Source of the DNA: Antedon mediterranea
Lineage: Eukaryota > Animalia > Echinodermata
Reading direction: 5' to 3'
Length of the DNA: 64,000 bases
NCBI RefSeq assembly: GCF_964355755.1
Contig: NC_092670.1
Span: 31,732,388-31,796,387, forward strand
Shown here: positions 63,901 through 64,000 of the stretch, in pieces
Layout of the letters: each line of letters begins with the position of its first letter
How positions within the stretch are numbered: position 1 is the first letter of the stretch
Notes under the pieces: model-generated
Told to the model about the DNA's origin: nothing
Seen by the model: only the letters and a program-made list of their open reading frames with translations
The model's database searches: none
Translations under genes and position numbers: made by a program

Positions 63901-64000
63901 AAATAAATTATCTTTATTTTAATTATCAATGCATATAACCTATAATTCGTCATAGTGACGAATTAAATCTAGTTTATTTATTCTTTCCTTAGCACTATTT
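60949..64000 (+). mobile_element. Stack of three Helentron-associated (HINE) elements
   Basis: Three 53-54-bp heads with palindromic subTIR AGGTTATATGCAT..ATGCATATAACCT (60949, 61003, 61056), then (TTTA)n, then ~1.43-kb bodies ending ATGCATATAACCT-AT-AATTCGTCA-TAG-TGACGAATT-AAAT-CTAG at 62542 and 63972. A third body starts at 63973. Confidence 0.85.

Larger units (their letters stand above)
30816..64000 (+). repeat. Tandem segmental duplication: unit A 30816-46642, unit B 46643-56785, unit C 56786 to window end
   Basis: The shared sequence CCAGATATAACCCTGATGGCC starts at 30816, 46643 and 56786. The ORF track shows near-identical pairs (33109/47963, 42132/52259, 45201/55360, 34510/49363/60262). 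Confidence 0.95.

Overview
This is AT-rich, intron-containing animal genomic DNA. A marine invertebrate such as an echinoderm is inferred from the HYR/C-type-lectin gene and the repeat families. The left part (about 4.2-20.2 kb, minus strand) holds a disabled multi-exon gene with short phase-2 LRR exons, a Cys-rich stalk and a multi-pass membrane domain. The middle (20.5-29.9 kb) is a retroelement cluster: a CR1-group LINE with a 2A StopGo peptide interrupted by a tRNA-SINE, a Penelope-like fragment carrying a tRNA cloverleaf between inverted repeats in (TA)n, and a disabled Crack/L2-group LINE. The right part (30.8-64 kb) is a three-copy tandem segmental duplication of a secreted C-type-lectin + HYR gene: copy A appears intact, B is a pseudogene and C runs out of the window. 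Non-autonomous DNA transposons are scattered throughout (Helitron, Helentron/HINE, hAT, Kolobok-, Harbinger- and Mutator-like). The most notable observations are the almost purely non-synonymous hypervariability of the sugar-binding exon between otherwise near-identical lectin copies, demonstrable TA-to-TAGGCC(C)TA insertion footprints, self-nested Helentrons, and the tRNA-bearing Penelope element.
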